Assembly (NCBI RefSeq): GCF_005696695.1
Contig: NZ_CP040006.1
Location: forward strand, 1,470,001 to 1,502,000
DNA length: 32,000 nucleotides
Reading direction: 5' to 3'
Source of the DNA: Schaalia odontolytica
GTDB lineage: Bacteria; Actinomycetota; Actinomycetes; Actinomycetales; Actinomycetaceae
Under the pieces are notes generated by a model, which saw only the letters and a list, made by a program, of their open reading frames with translations, had not been told where the DNA came from and made no database searches. Shown here piece after piece: positions 12,124 through 22,213 of this stretch. Every line of letters starts with the position of its first letter. Position 1 is the first letter of the stretch. Made by a program: the position numbers and the translations under genes.

Positions 12124-13376
12124 CAGCGCAGGAAGGGAGGAATATCCAGCTCTTCCTTCTCGGGCGCCTCGGGGTAGACGCGAGGAACCTCAAAGGAGTG
12201 CTCGGACTCGGACTCCTCGTACTCAGCGGCAGCAGGCGTCTCGACGGGGGCCGGAGCGGCCTCACGCACGGGGGCAGCAACATCGGCGCGGTGCTGCGGG
12301 CGACGCGTCGACAGCTGGGTGATGCGGGTGGTCTCGGCGGCCGGAGCCTTGGCCTCGGGAGCGGCGGGACGCTGCTGAGCCACCGGAGCGGACACGCGGG
12401 CGACGTTCGGGCGCGACAGTGCCGCATCCGCGGCCTCGTCGAAACCGGCGGCGATGACCGTCACGCGGATCTCGTCACCCAGAGCATCGTCGATGACGTT
12501 ACCGAAGATGATGTTCGCCTCGGGGTGGGCTGCCTCGCGCACGAGCTGCGAGGAGCTGTAAACCTCTTGCAGGCTGAGGTCGGAGCCGCCCTGGAAGAAC
12601 ATGAGCACGCCGTGGGCACCGTCGATCGAGGCTTCCAGCAGCGGGGAGGAGATGGCGCTCTCGACGGCGCGCAGCGCACGATCCTCACCGGTCGCCGCGC
12701 CAATACCCATGAGGGCCGAACCGGCGTCCTTCATGACCGACTTGACGTCGTTGAAGTCCACGTTGATGAGGCCGGGGGTGGTGATCAGTTCGGTGATGCC
12801 CTGGACACCCGAGAGGAGCACCTGGTCGGCAGCACGGAAAGCGTCGAGCACGGAGATGTTCGCGTCGGAGATCTCCAGGAGACGGTCGTTCGGGATGACG
12901 ATCAGGGTGTCGACCTCTTCGCGCAGGGTCGTCACGCCACCCTCAGCCTGAGCCGCACGGCGGTTGCCCTCGAACGAGAAGGGACGGGTCACGACACCAA
13001 CCGTCAGAGCGCCGGCATCGCGGGCGATCTTGGCGACAACGGGGGCCGCACCGGTTCCGGTGCCACCACCCTCACCAGCGGTCACGAACACCATGTCCGC
13101 ACCCTCAAGTGCGGCGGTGATCTCGTCGATGTGATCCTCCGCAGCCTTGCGGCCGACGGCCGGATCCGCGCCAGCGCCGAGGCCGTGCGTCAGTTCGCGG
13201 CCGATGTCGAGCTTGGTCTCAGCATCAGACATGAGCAGAGCCTGCGCGTCAGTATTGACGGCAATGAACTCAACGCCCTTGAGGCCGACCTCGATCATTC
13301 GGTTCACGGCGTTAACTCCGCCGCCGCCGACGCCGACGACCTTGATCACTGCCAGGTGGTTTTGCGGTGTCGCCAT
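12123..13376 (-). CDS. ftsZ: Cell division GTPase FtsZ
   Basis: [15 protein letters not shown], the [13 protein letters not shown] tubulin signature, and the C-terminal DIPPFLR peptide. AGGGAG lies 5 nt before the ATG. Confidence 0.98.
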   Translation of the reverse strand: MATPQNHLAVIKVVGVGGGGVNAVNRMIEVGLKGVEFIAVNTDAQALLMSDAETKLDIGRELTHGLGAGADPAVGRKAAEDHIDEITAALEGADMVFVTAGEGGGTGTGAAPVVAKIARDAGALTVGVVTRPFSFEGNRRAAQAEGGVTTLREEVDTLIVIPNDRLLEISDANISVLDAFRAADQVLLSGVQGITELITTPGLINVDFNDVKSVMKDAGSALMGIGAATGEDRALRAVESAISSPLLEASIDGAHGVLMFFQGGSDLSLQEVYSSSQLVREAAHPEANIIFGNVIDDALGDEIRVTVIAAGFDEAADAALSRPNVARVSAPVAQQRPAAPEAKAPAAETTRITQLSTRRPQHRADVAAPVREAAPAPVETPAAAEYEESESEHSFEVPRVYPEAPEKEELDIPPFLR

Positions 13377-13503
13377 GGATGTCTCCCTTGCATCAGACCC
13401 TCAACCTCTAGTTGAAGGTTGATGTTTAACGTGCTTCGTGTCGGAAAGAACCTAGGGGTCCGCGGGCAATCCTTCAAGCCAACACGCGGACAAAAGAAAA
13501 GGC

Positions 13504-14472
13504 TTAACTGGTCACAGGGTGATTCGGCGAGGACACGTCGTATGTGCTCGCCTGAACGTTCGCCAGCAAAGTGGCCAACACCCGCGCCTTTTGCGGCGCA
13601 TCTCCGCGGGTTCCCCACTTGACGGTTTGGCCACCGCGCAGCGTGAAGTTCACCTGAGTTCCCGTCGACGTCACGGCCGACACCTGGGCGCGCGTCGCCT
13701 CGTCCAGCGCCCCCAGCACGGAGGCAATATCTGCCGCGCCGGTCGCCCGGTCCTCCGGGAGTGTCACGAGCGGGTAATCCCCCGCCGACGGCACCTGTTG
13801 GAAGGCGACGCCTTGATCGTCCACCAGCCAGTAGCCACCCGACGCGGCCTCCACAGCCATGCCCGTCCGCATCGTCACCGACACGCGCAGGCTGGTGGGC
13901 CATCGACGCGATACGCTCGCCGAGCGCACCGCCACGTTTGACTCCACCGCGCGTGCCACCGCCTGCGTGTTCAGGCGCGTGAGCGGAACCCCCTCGAAGG
14001 AGGCGATTGACGATCGCACGGAATCCGCCGTCACCAGCGTGCCATCCTCGCCCGAAACGACGACCGCAGACGACGAGAACGCGAAAACGGGCGAGAAGAA
14101 CGCGACCCACACGCCTCCCGCTGCGAGCGCGAGCGTCACGAATGTGAGCGCGATACGACGAGCGAGGAGGATACGACGCGCGCGGGTACGCTCACGCAGG
14201 CGGCCCCCCAGATCCGTCGCTTCCTCGCCGCCCAGCAGGGATGCGGCATCTGCGACGGGCATAGGGCGATCCACGGTCGTACGCACGCGGCGGCGCTGCG
14301 TGAGCGAGGAGGAACGACGCTTCGGCGCCTGCGCGTCCTCATCCGCAGACGGGGACACGATCTCATCAAAAGACGAGGCGGCCTCCTCCACGTGTGACGG
14401 CTGCTCCTCGTGAGAGCGAGCACCTCCCGGGCGCCTCGGCGACGGTGGCCTCATGCCTCCATCCGCTTCCAC
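13504..14472 (-). CDS. ftsQ: Cell division protein FtsQ (POTRA domain)
   Basis: Disordered basic N-terminus, a single TM (ALTFVTLALAAGGVWVAFF), then POTRA/FtsQ-like sequence in the conserved slot between murC and ftsZ. The start is ambiguous: GTG at 14472, or ATG at 14454, which forms an ATGA overlap with the murC stop. Confidence 0.8.
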   Translation of the reverse strand: MEADGGMRPPSPRRPGGARSHEEQPSHVEEAASSFDEIVSPSADEDAQAPKRRSSSLTQRRRVRTTVDRPMPVADAASLLGGEEATDLGGRLRERTRARRILLARRIALTFVTLALAAGGVWVAFFSPVFAFSSSAVVVSGEDGTLVTADSVRSSIASFEGVPLTRLNTQAVARAVESNVAVRSASVSRRWPTSLRVSVTMRTGMAVEAASGGYWLVDDQGVAFQQVPSAGDYPLVTLPEDRATGAADIASVLGALDEATRAQVSAVTSTGTQVNFTLRGGQTVKWGTRGDAPQKARVLATLLANVQASTYDVSSPNHPVTS

Positions 14473-15842
14473 TCATCGAGCACGTCGGACGCACAGTGAG
14501 TGATCGAACCAGCGCCCATCGTCAAGCACACGCCGCCCTCGGGGGTCAGCGAAGCGGCCAGGCGTGCAGCCTCGTGCATGTCCTCAACGTAGGACGCGCC
14601 CTCGACGCGCGACGAGATGAGGGACGAGTCGACTCCCGGCTCGGGATCCTCCCGGGCGCCGTAGATGCCCGCGAGCACAACGTGGTCCGCGCCCGACAGC
14701 GCCTGGGCGAAACGCTCCGCGAAGATGCGCGTGCGCGAGTACAGGTGCGGCTGGAATACGACGGTCACATCGCCCTCGCCCGCCACGACATGCGCCTCGC
14801 GGATCGCGGCCTCCACCTCCGTCGGGTGGTGGGCGTAGTCATCGAACAGGCGACGCGAACCGACCTGGCCGCGGGCCTCGAATCGGCGTGCCGCACCGGT
14901 AAACTCGCCCAGGCCATCCGCAATCGCCTGAGGCGACAACCCGCATTCGATGCCCGCCACCCACGCGGCAGCCGCATTGAGCACGTTGTGCTCGCCGGGG
15001 ACGCTCAGCGCCAGCGACGCGCTGAGTTCGCCCCACGTCAGCGACGCGCCAGCCCCGTGCGCTTCCACGCGCACGTCAGCGATCACCACGTCGGGGGTGC
15101 ACAGCGAACACTCGAGACGACCGTAGGTAACGACTCGCAGCCCTTCGGCGCGCGCCGATTGCGCCAGCCGAACGGCACCCTCGTCCTCGGCGCAGGTTAC
15201 CAGCAGGCCCCCGGGGACCATGCGGCGCGCGAACTCGACGAAAATCTCCTCGAACTCCTCGCGGGAGTGGTACCGATCCAGGTGATCGGGCTCGACGTTG
15301 GTGACGATCTCGATCGCCGGGGTGTAGTTCAGGAACGAGCCGTCCGACTCGTCCGCCTCAGCGACGAACACGTCCCCGCCGCCCAGGTGTGCGCCGGTGC
15401 CCAGCTGGGGCAGCACACCGCCCACGGCCACCGACGGGTCGAGCCCGCAGGCCGACAGGCCGATCGCGAGCATGCCCGACGTCGTCGTCTTCCCGTGCGC
15501 GCCGGCGACGCCAACAAAGCGCATGCCCGAGGCTGCGAGAGCAAGAGCCTGCGAGCGGTGAATGACGCGCTGGCCGCGCTCGCGCGCAATCGCCAGCTCC
15601 GGGTTGTCCTCGCGGATAGCAGTCGAGACCACGACCACCGAGCTCGGGTCCACGTGCGAGGCCTCGTGCCCGACGAAAGCGCGAACGCCCACCGAGCGCA
15701 GGTGCTCGAGAACGGCGGACTCCTCACGGTCAGAGCCTTCGACCGTGGCCCCCCGCGAAGTGAGCAGCTCCGCGACGACGCTCATGCCCGCGCCGCCGAT
15801 ACCAATCAGATGGAAACGATCCTGCAGCGTCGGCTCACTCAT
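14451..15842 (-). CDS. murC: UDP-N-acetylmuramate--L-alanine ligase
   Basis: HLIGIGGAGMSVVAELL N-terminal Rossmann segment and GAHGKTTTSGML P-loop. 8-nt overlap with the murG end. Confidence 0.95.
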   Translation of the reverse strand: MSEPTLQDRFHLIGIGGAGMSVVAELLTSRGATVEGSDREESAVLEHLRSVGVRAFVGHEASHVDPSSVVVVSTAIREDNPELAIARERGQRVIHRSQALALAASGMRFVGVAGAHGKTTTSGMLAIGLSACGLDPSVAVGGVLPQLGTGAHLGGGDVFVAEADESDGSFLNYTPAIEIVTNVEPDHLDRYHSREEFEEIFVEFARRMVPGGLLVTCAEDEGAVRLAQSARAEGLRVVTYGRLECSLCTPDVVIADVRVEAHGAGASLTWGELSASLALSVPGEHNVLNAAAAWVAGIECGLSPQAIADGLGEFTGAARRFEARGQVGSRRLFDDYAHHPTEVEAAIREAHVVAGEGDVTVVFQPHLYSRTRIFAERFAQALSGADHVVLAGIYGAREDPEPGVDSSLISSRVEGASYVEDMHEAARLAASLTPEGGVCLTMGAGSITHCASDVLDEWKRMEA

Positions 15843-16959
15843 GGCCGGCCTCCTTCACCTGTTCCAGAGCCAGATCCGCCAGCGCACGGGCGGCTCCCGC
15901 GCGACCCAGCGACTGGGATGCGGCCGCCATGTCCGCCAGGCGGGTCGAGCCCAGCAGCGGGAACACGTTGCGGCGCACAAAGTCGGCCGTGAAATCCTTG
16001 TCGTCAACGAGCTGGGCGCCACCGGCGGCCACGTGGTCCGCCGCGTTCAGGCGCTGCTCGCCGTTACCAATCGGCAGCGGCACGTAGATGCAGGGCAGGC
16101 CCAGGGCCTCCATCTCGGCCACGGTTCCCGCGCCCGAACGACACACGACGAGGTCCGCGACGGCCAGCGCGTCCTCCATCGTCGTCAGGTAGTCGATGAC
16201 GTGCCAGCGGTCCGACAGACCTGCTGCCTCAACGGCGGTGCGCACAGGCTCATCCTTGCCCCGGCCGGTCAGGTGCACGACCTGCGCGCCTTCCGGCAGA
16301 GCGTCCGCGGCACCGGTCATCGACTCGTTGACGTGCAGAGCACCCAGCGAACCACCGGTCACCAGCAGCGTCGGTGCATCCGGATTGACACCAAGACGCT
16401 CGGCTGCCTCGCGGCGCGCCTGGGCAGCACCCTCAGCGTCTGCGCGGCGGTCCGCAAGCTCAGCGATCGCCGCACGCAAGGGTAGGCCCGTCACGACCGT
16501 GCGGCCGTTGCGTGCCTTCAACGGAGAGGAGGGGAACGTCAGGGCGACAACCTTCGCGTTGCGCGCGCCCACCTTGTTCGCCAGGCCGGGTCGCGCGTTC
16601 TGCTCGTGAATGACGATCGGCACACCTGCGCGCTTCGCCGCAATGTACGCGGGCGTCGACACGTAGCCGCCAAAACCAACGAGGACGTCAGCGCCCTCCA
16701 GGGCCTGAGCGCAGCGCTTCACGGCGTCCGCGAAACGACCGGGAAGAGTGAAGAACGCCAGGGAGGGACGCCTCGGCAAAGGAACGCGGGGAATTTCCAC
16801 GAGCGGGAATCCTGCGGCGGGAACCAGATCCGCCTCCAAACCAGCCTTCGTCCCCAGAACGACAACCTCAGCTCCACTCTCGCGCAGCTGCGCCGCCGTC
16901 GCCAGCAGAGGATTCACGTGACCGGCAGTACCGCCGCCAGCCATCACAACCTTGACCAT
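15835..16959 (-). CDS. murG: Lipid II-forming N-acetylglucosaminyl transferase MurG
   Basis: MVKVVMAGGGTAGHVNPLLA is the MurG G-loop. ATG at 16959 is preceded by AAGGAG with 6-nt spacing. The GTG at 16989 from the ORF track is less likely. Confidence 0.95.
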   Translation of the reverse strand: MVKVVMAGGGTAGHVNPLLATAAQLRESGAEVVVLGTKAGLEADLVPAAGFPLVEIPRVPLPRRPSLAFFTLPGRFADAVKRCAQALEGADVLVGFGGYVSTPAYIAAKRAGVPIVIHEQNARPGLANKVGARNAKVVALTFPSSPLKARNGRTVVTGLPLRAAIAELADRRADAEGAAQARREAAERLGVNPDAPTLLVTGGSLGALHVNESMTGAADALPEGAQVVHLTGRGKDEPVRTAVEAAGLSDRWHVIDYLTTMEDALAVADLVVCRSGAGTVAEMEALGLPCIYVPLPIGNGEQRLNAADHVAAGGAQLVDDKDFTADFVRRNVFPLLGSTRLADMAAASQSLGRAGAARALADLALEQVKEAGHE

Positions 16960-17031
16960 ATGCGTCTCCTTTACGCGTGTGCGTGACACCAGTGTAGCGA
17001 GCCGCGCAGGCCACCAGGTGCCGCAAGCGTC

Positions 17032-18288
17032 TTAGCGCGCCGAGCGACGGCGAGGGGCGAGGCGGGGATCACGCCCAGCCGAGGCCTCGTCGGGGCGGCC
17101 GATCATCCAAATACCCGCGCGTGCTCGAGCGAACGAGGCAACAACGGCGATCGCGGTGATCGTAAACAGGAACGACGAACCGCCGTAGGACACGAGCGGC
17201 AGAGGCACGCCGATAACCGGTCCCAGTCCCGTCACGGACAGGACGTTGATAACCGTCTGGATACCGATCCACGAGGCCACGCCCGAGGACACGATCGTCA
17301 CAAACAGATCCGAAGATTCGCGCGCCACGCGGAACATTCCCCAGATCAGCAGGCCCAGGCACAGGAGCACGCCGAGGGCACCGAGCAGGCCAAATTCCTC
17401 GCCGACGATCGCAAAAATGAAGTCCGTGTGCGCAGCCTGCAGGTAGTTCCACTTCTCGCGCGAGGCACCCGGCCCGAGGCCGGTCAGACCACCCGAACCC
17501 AGCGCCCACAGCGAGTGGTCGATCTGTTCGGGAGCGGACTCGTCCGGCCCCTTCGACGTGCCCGGGAGAATCGCCAGAATACGGCGGATACGCGTCGGGT
17601 TCGACAACACGAGCAGCACCATCGTCGGGACGGCAAGCACGACGAGGCCACCGAACCAGCGTTTAGGCAGACCGGCCACCCACATCGCTCCCAGCGCGCC
17701 AACAGCCACGACCATCGCGGTGCCCATGTCTCGGCCCAACATGACCGCGCCAAGCGCCGTCAGGATCGGCAGGCCGACGGCCACACTCATCGCCTTCCAA
17801 TCGCCGCGCTTCGACGCCGACTTCGAGACCATGAAACCCAAGAACACGATGAGCGCAAGCTTGAGGAACTCCGAGGGCTGGGCCATGATCGGGCCCACCT
17901 TCACCCAGTTCGCATTACCGCCCTCCGAGCGTCCCAGAGGGCTGAGGACCAGGGACTGGAAGCCGAGCGCGCCCACAAACATGACGGGAGCCAGGTTCAT
18001 GAGCCACCGCTGTGGCACGAGGAGGACAATCGTCGCGATCACGAGCGACACAAGAATGATGATGAGCGGTCGAGCGTAGGCCGTATAGGGGTTCTCCCCC
18101 TGGGCGATCGCCGTCACGGTCTGCGCGGAGAAACCCATGATGAGGCCAAACACCGACAGCAGCAGGGCCGGCAGAATCACGAGGTAGTACGTCGTCGCCG
18201 GGTCATCCTTGCGTTCCTGTCCCGACCCGAAACGGATACGAGGCAGCGTGATCGTCGGGATGTGCCAGCCGCGCTTATTCGTCGCCAC
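17032..18288 (-). CDS. ftsW: SEDS-family peptidoglycan glycosyltransferase FtsW
   Basis: Polytopic membrane protein with SEFLKLALIVFL, HTDFIFAIVGEEFG and PLPLVSYGGSS SEDS motifs. GTG at 18288 is preceded by GGGGGAG with 6-nt spacing and overlaps the murD end by 14 nt. The ORF-track extension to 18552 overlaps murD out of frame. Confidence 0.9.
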   Translation of the reverse strand: MATNKRGWHIPTITLPRIRFGSGQERKDDPATTYYLVILPALLLSVFGLIMGFSAQTVTAIAQGENPYTAYARPLIIILVSLVIATIVLLVPQRWLMNLAPVMFVGALGFQSLVLSPLGRSEGGNANWVKVGPIMAQPSEFLKLALIVFLGFMVSKSASKRGDWKAMSVAVGLPILTALGAVMLGRDMGTAMVVAVGALGAMWVAGLPKRWFGGLVVLAVPTMVLLVLSNPTRIRRILAILPGTSKGPDESAPEQIDHSLWALGSGGLTGLGPGASREKWNYLQAAHTDFIFAIVGEEFGLLGALGVLLCLGLLIWGMFRVARESSDLFVTIVSSGVASWIGIQTVINVLSVTGLGPVIGVPLPLVSYGGSSFLFTITAIAVVASFARARAGIWMIGRPDEASAGRDPRLAPRRRSAR

Positions 18289-19720
18289 CGGCGCTCCCCC
18301 ACTGGGCCGCCAGGCGCGACACGGCATCGGCAAACGCGTCGCCGCGCTGGCCGTAGTTATCGAACTGATCCCACGAGGCGCAGGCCGGGGCGAGCACGAC
18401 GGTGTCGCCCGGCATGGACAGTGCCACGGCCTCGTTGACGACCGAGAACATCCAGTCCTCGTGGCCGTCGACCTCGACGCGGGGGACGTCCGGCGCGCCG
18501 GCCTGCAGCGCTTCCACGAGGGGCGCACGGTCCTCGCCGATGACGACGACACCGCGCAGCGTCGGCTCGACCTGACGGATCAGTTCCGTGAAGTCCTGTC
18601 CCTTCGCGTCGCCACCGACGATCCAGATCGCGCTGCGCGGCGGCAGTCCCGCGAGAGAGGCGCGCGCCGCGTGCGCATTCGTCGCCTTCGAATCGTCCAC
18701 CCAGGTCAGGTCCGCAGCCTGGGCGATGATTGCGCGGCGGTGTCCAGCCGGCCGGAACGCGCGCAGCCCCGCCTCGACGGCCTCGGGCTCAACGCCGTAG
18801 GCGCGGGCAAGGGCCGCGGCAGCCAGGGCGTCCGACACAACCGCGGCGGACGGGTGGGGGCCGTACGCCCCCGCCAAGTCAGAAATGTGCGCGAGGGCGG
18901 CAGCGTGACGCGCGCGGTCCTCCACGAATGCACGATCAACCAGCAGGCCCTCGACGATGCCGAACTGAGAGACGCTCGGCGAGCCGAGGGTCAGCCCGAT
19001 CGCGCGAGCCCCCTCCACGACGTCGGCGTTCTCCACCATCTGCTCCACGCGTCGATCGGACGCGGGGTAGACACATGCGCGGATCGTGTTCTCGTAGACG
19101 CGCGCCTTATCGGCCGCGTACGCCTCCACGCTGCCGTGCCAGTCCAGGTGATCGGCATCCACGTTCAGGCAGATCGACGCCAGGGGCGAGACGGTCCGTG
19201 CCGTGTGCAGCTGGAAGCTGGACAGCTCCACCGCGAAGACCTCGGCGTCGGAGTCAATCGCCCGCGTAATCGGCGTTCCGATATTGCCGACCTCCTCGGC
19301 CTTGGCACCCGCGCAGCGCAGGATCTCACCGAGCATGCCGACCGTCGTCGTCTTACCGTTCGTGCCGGTCACGACCAGCCACGGGCGACCCGCGTGCGGG
19401 CCTTCCTCCTGCAGACGCCAAGCGAGTTCAACCTCGCCCCACACCTCGATGCCGGCGGCCTCGCAGGCCGAGAAGACCGGGTGGTGTGCGGGAATGCCAG
19501 GAGACACGACGACGAGGTCGGGGCTGGCCTCGACGATCGCGCGTGCAAGAGCCTCAGGATCATCGTCGACGTGAACATCGACACCGGCGACGTCATCGAA
19601 GAACAGGGACTGTCCCCCGCGCGCGTCGAAGGCACGCACCTGCCAGTCGCGCGCGAGCAGCGCGCCAGCAGCGCCCTGCCCGGACTTGCCCCAGCCGACG
19701 ACAGCAGCGAAACGACTCAT
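18275..19720 (-). CDS. murD: UDP-N-acetylmuramoylalanine--D-glutamate ligase
   Basis: VVGWGKSGQGAAGAL N-terminal motif and VVTGTNGKTTTVGML P-loop. ATG 19720-19718 overlaps the mraY TGA 19719-17 (ATGA). Confidence 0.93.
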   Translation of the reverse strand: MSRFAAVVGWGKSGQGAAGALLARDWQVRAFDARGGQSLFFDDVAGVDVHVDDDPEALARAIVEASPDLVVVSPGIPAHHPVFSACEAAGIEVWGEVELAWRLQEEGPHAGRPWLVVTGTNGKTTTVGMLGEILRCAGAKAEEVGNIGTPITRAIDSDAEVFAVELSSFQLHTARTVSPLASICLNVDADHLDWHGSVEAYAADKARVYENTIRACVYPASDRRVEQMVENADVVEGARAIGLTLGSPSVSQFGIVEGLLVDRAFVEDRARHAAALAHISDLAGAYGPHPSAAVVSDALAAAALARAYGVEPEAVEAGLRAFRPAGHRRAIIAQAADLTWVDDSKATNAHAARASLAGLPPRSAIWIVGGDAKGQDFTELIRQVEPTLRGVVVIGEDRAPLVEALQAGAPDVPRVEVDGHEDWMFSVVNEAVALSMPGDTVVLAPACASWDQFDNYGQRGDAFADAVSRLAAQWGSAGGDE

Positions 19721-20802
19721 CGAAGGGACACCCACTCCGCGTAGAAGATGCCCGCGCCAGCCACCGCGATGATCGCGGCGATCAGCCAGAAGCGGATCAC
19801 GATCGTCACTTCCTTCCACCCGAGCAGCTCGAAGTGGTGGTGCAGAGGCGCCATGCGGAAGACGCGCTTGCCGGTCGCCTTAAAGACGCCGATCTGGATG
19901 ACGTCGGACAGGACGACGGCGACGAAGAGGCCGCCGACGACGATGGCGAGCAGCTGCGTCTGGGTGAGGATCGACAGGCCCGCGACAGCACCACCGAGAG
20001 CGAGGGCACCCGTGTCACCCATGAAGATCTGAGCCGGCGAAGCATTCCACCACAGGAAGCCCGCGAGGGCACCGATCAGTGCGGCACAGAAGATCGCCAG
20101 GTCGAGCGGGTCGCGTGTCGAGTAGCAGTTCGCCTGGTTCGCGCCGAGCTGCGTGCACGCCTGGATGCGCTGGAAGTAGGTGATGAACGTGTACGCGCCA
20201 AAAACGAAGATCGAGACGCCCGCGGCCAGACCGTCGAGGCCATCCGTCAGGTTCGTCGCGTTCGACCAGGCCGTCACGATGAGGTTGGTCCAAATAAGGT
20301 ACAGGGCGATGCCCAGGCCGAGGCCCGCAAAGCCCAGGGTCAGGGCCGTGGGACGCGCGAAAGAAATCGCAAGGGTGCCCGGGTACTCACCGAACTCGTT
20401 GGGCTTAATGAGCGTGCCCAGAGCAAAGAGCGAGGCCACGGCGACCTGTCCGATGATCTTGCCGGAGGGGTGCAGGCCGAGAGAACGCTGACGCATGATC
20501 TTGATGCCGTCGTCGAGGAGGCCGATGACGCCCAGGCCGACGAACAGGAAGATCAGCAGCAAGCCGGACCACGACGGCCCGGCACCGGCAACAAGAGAGC
20601 CGATCAACCACGCGACGACCGTTGCGAGGATGATGACGACGCCACCCATCGTGGGCGTGCCGCGCTTAGTGAGGTGCTGGGTCGGCCCGTCCTGGCGGAT
20701 GAACTGTCCGTACTGGTGCATGACCAGGAAACGGATGAGGATTGGTGTGCCCGTCACGGACAGGGCCATCGCGATAATAAACGCGGCAATAAGTCCAATC
20801 AC
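19717..20802 (-). CDS. mraY: Phospho-N-acetylmuramoyl-pentapeptide transferase
   Basis: 361-aa membrane protein with KRGTPTMGG, NLTDGLDGLA and MAPLHHHFE MraY motifs. The GTG start overlaps the murF stop (GTGA). Confidence 0.96.
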   Translation of the reverse strand: MIGLIAAFIIAMALSVTGTPILIRFLVMHQYGQFIRQDGPTQHLTKRGTPTMGGVVIILATVVAWLIGSLVAGAGPSWSGLLLIFLFVGLGVIGLLDDGIKIMRQRSLGLHPSGKIIGQVAVASLFALGTLIKPNEFGEYPGTLAISFARPTALTLGFAGLGLGIALYLIWTNLIVTAWSNATNLTDGLDGLAAGVSIFVFGAYTFITYFQRIQACTQLGANQANCYSTRDPLDLAIFCAALIGALAGFLWWNASPAQIFMGDTGALALGGAVAGLSILTQTQLLAIVVGGLFVAVVLSDVIQIGVFKATGKRVFRMAPLHHHFELLGWKEVTIVIRFWLIAAIIAVAGAGIFYAEWVSLR

Positions 20803-22196
20803 CGGGTCGTTCCCTTCTCCCGCAGGATGTCAGCCACCTGCCACGATTGTGAACCGAAAGAACCCTTGACGAGGACGACTGCGCCGTCCTCGGCGTGTTC
20901 CAGGGCGAGCCGCGCGGCATCCTGCGGATCCGCGGCAACCTCGCGGTTGGGCACCTCGGGGGCTCCCTCTAGATAGTAGTGGGCATCTGCGCCAAGACCA
21001 ATGAGTGTGTCGACTCCCGCATCGGCGATCAACGCGCCCACCTGCTGGTGGAGCGACTGGGAGTCCTCGCCCAGCTCGAGCATCTCACCGAGAACGGCGA
21101 TGCGCTGGCTGTCGCGACCAATCGAGGCGAGAGCAGCGATGCCCGCGCGCATCGAATCCAGGTTCGCGTTGTACGAGTCATCGATCAGCGTCAGGTCCGT
21201 TCCGTCGACGCGCAGCTCGTGGACGTCCATGCGGTGCGGACTCAGCGCACGAGCGAGCGAGAGGACACTCGCCACGGTCTCAAGACCAACCCCGAGGGTG
21301 AGCGCACCGGCGGCGGCTGCCAGCGCGTTCGCGACGTGGTGGCGACCCACGATCTTCAGCTCGACGGGGGCCTCTCCTTCGGGGGTCACCAGGGTGAAGG
21401 ATGCGCGGTCGGCGCGGTCGAGGCGCACGTCGCGCGCGACGACGTCGGCACGCTCGTTGCCCGAGGCCGAGAAGCGGATCACGGGTCCGGTTGCCAAAGG
21501 AGCCATGGCCTCGACGTTCGGGTCGTCCGTGTTGAGGATGACCGGACCGCCCGGACGGGTTCCCTTGATGAGCTCGGCCTTCGCGGCCGCAACGCCCTCG
21601 AAACCGCCGAAGCCACCCACGTGGGCGTGGCCCACGCACAGCTCGATGGCCACGTCGGGGGCGACGATGTCCGTCAGGTAGGTAATATGGCCGGGCCCTG
21701 AAGCGCCCATCTCAAGAACGAGGTGACGCGTCGTCTCGTCGGCCAGCAGCACGGTCAGCGGCAGGCCGACCTCGTTATTGAAGGACAGCTTGGGGGCGAC
21801 CGTCGGCCCGTCCTCGCTCATGATCTGGAGCAGCAGGTCCTTCGTGGTCGTCTTACCCACGGAGCCGGTCATCGCGATAACATCCAGGTCGCCGCCACTG
21901 CGCAGCTTCTCGACGTGCGCGCGGGCCAGTGCCCCGAGTGCCTCGGTCGAATCCTCGACGACGATCTGGGTCACGGCCTCGTCGACCTCGTGCTCGACGA
22001 TGACGGCGACTGCGCCGCGCGTGGCCGCACCGGACACGAACGCATGACCGTCGGCGCTCTCACCGCGGCGCGCAACGTAGAGCGACCCTGCCTGAGCCTC
22101 GCGAGAATCCGTCACCACGGGCCCCGTCACGGGAACATCGTTCCCCACGAGGCGACCCGATACTGCCTCAGCGATCCACTGGGCTGATGCCTGCAT
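20799..22196 (-). CDS. murF: UDP-MurNAc-tripeptide--D-Ala-D-Ala ligase
   Basis: MTGSVGKTTTKDLL P-loop followed by SFNNEVGLPLTVL is diagnostic of MurF, not MurE. ATG is preceded by AAGGAG with 6-nt spacing. Confidence 0.9.
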   Translation of the reverse strand: MQASAQWIAEAVSGRLVGNDVPVTGPVVTDSREAQAGSLYVARRGESADGHAFVSGAATRGAVAVIVEHEVDEAVTQIVVEDSTEALGALARAHVEKLRSGGDLDVIAMTGSVGKTTTKDLLLQIMSEDGPTVAPKLSFNNEVGLPLTVLLADETTRHLVLEMGASGPGHITYLTDIVAPDVAIELCVGHAHVGGFGGFEGVAAAKAELIKGTRPGGPVILNTDDPNVEAMAPLATGPVIRFSASGNERADVVARDVRLDRADRASFTLVTPEGEAPVELKIVGRHHVANALAAAAGALTLGVGLETVASVLSLARALSPHRMDVHELRVDGTDLTLIDDSYNANLDSMRAGIAALASIGRDSQRIAVLGEMLELGEDSQSLHQQVGALIADAGVDTLIGLGADAHYYLEGAPEVPNREVAADPQDAARLALEHAEDGAVVLVKGSFGSQSWQVADILREKGTTR

Positions 22197-22213
22197 GCTT
22201 TACTCCTTCAGAC

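Noticed and set aside
16960-19819. ORF-track N-terminal extensions of murG (16989), ftsW (18552) and murD (19819). The same applies to sepF (11266), divIVA (10318) and priA (3498)
   Set aside because: The extensions overlap the upstream gene out of frame or lack an RBS. Internal starts have strong Shine-Dalgarno sequences or ATGA overlaps, and they restore the conserved family N-termini.
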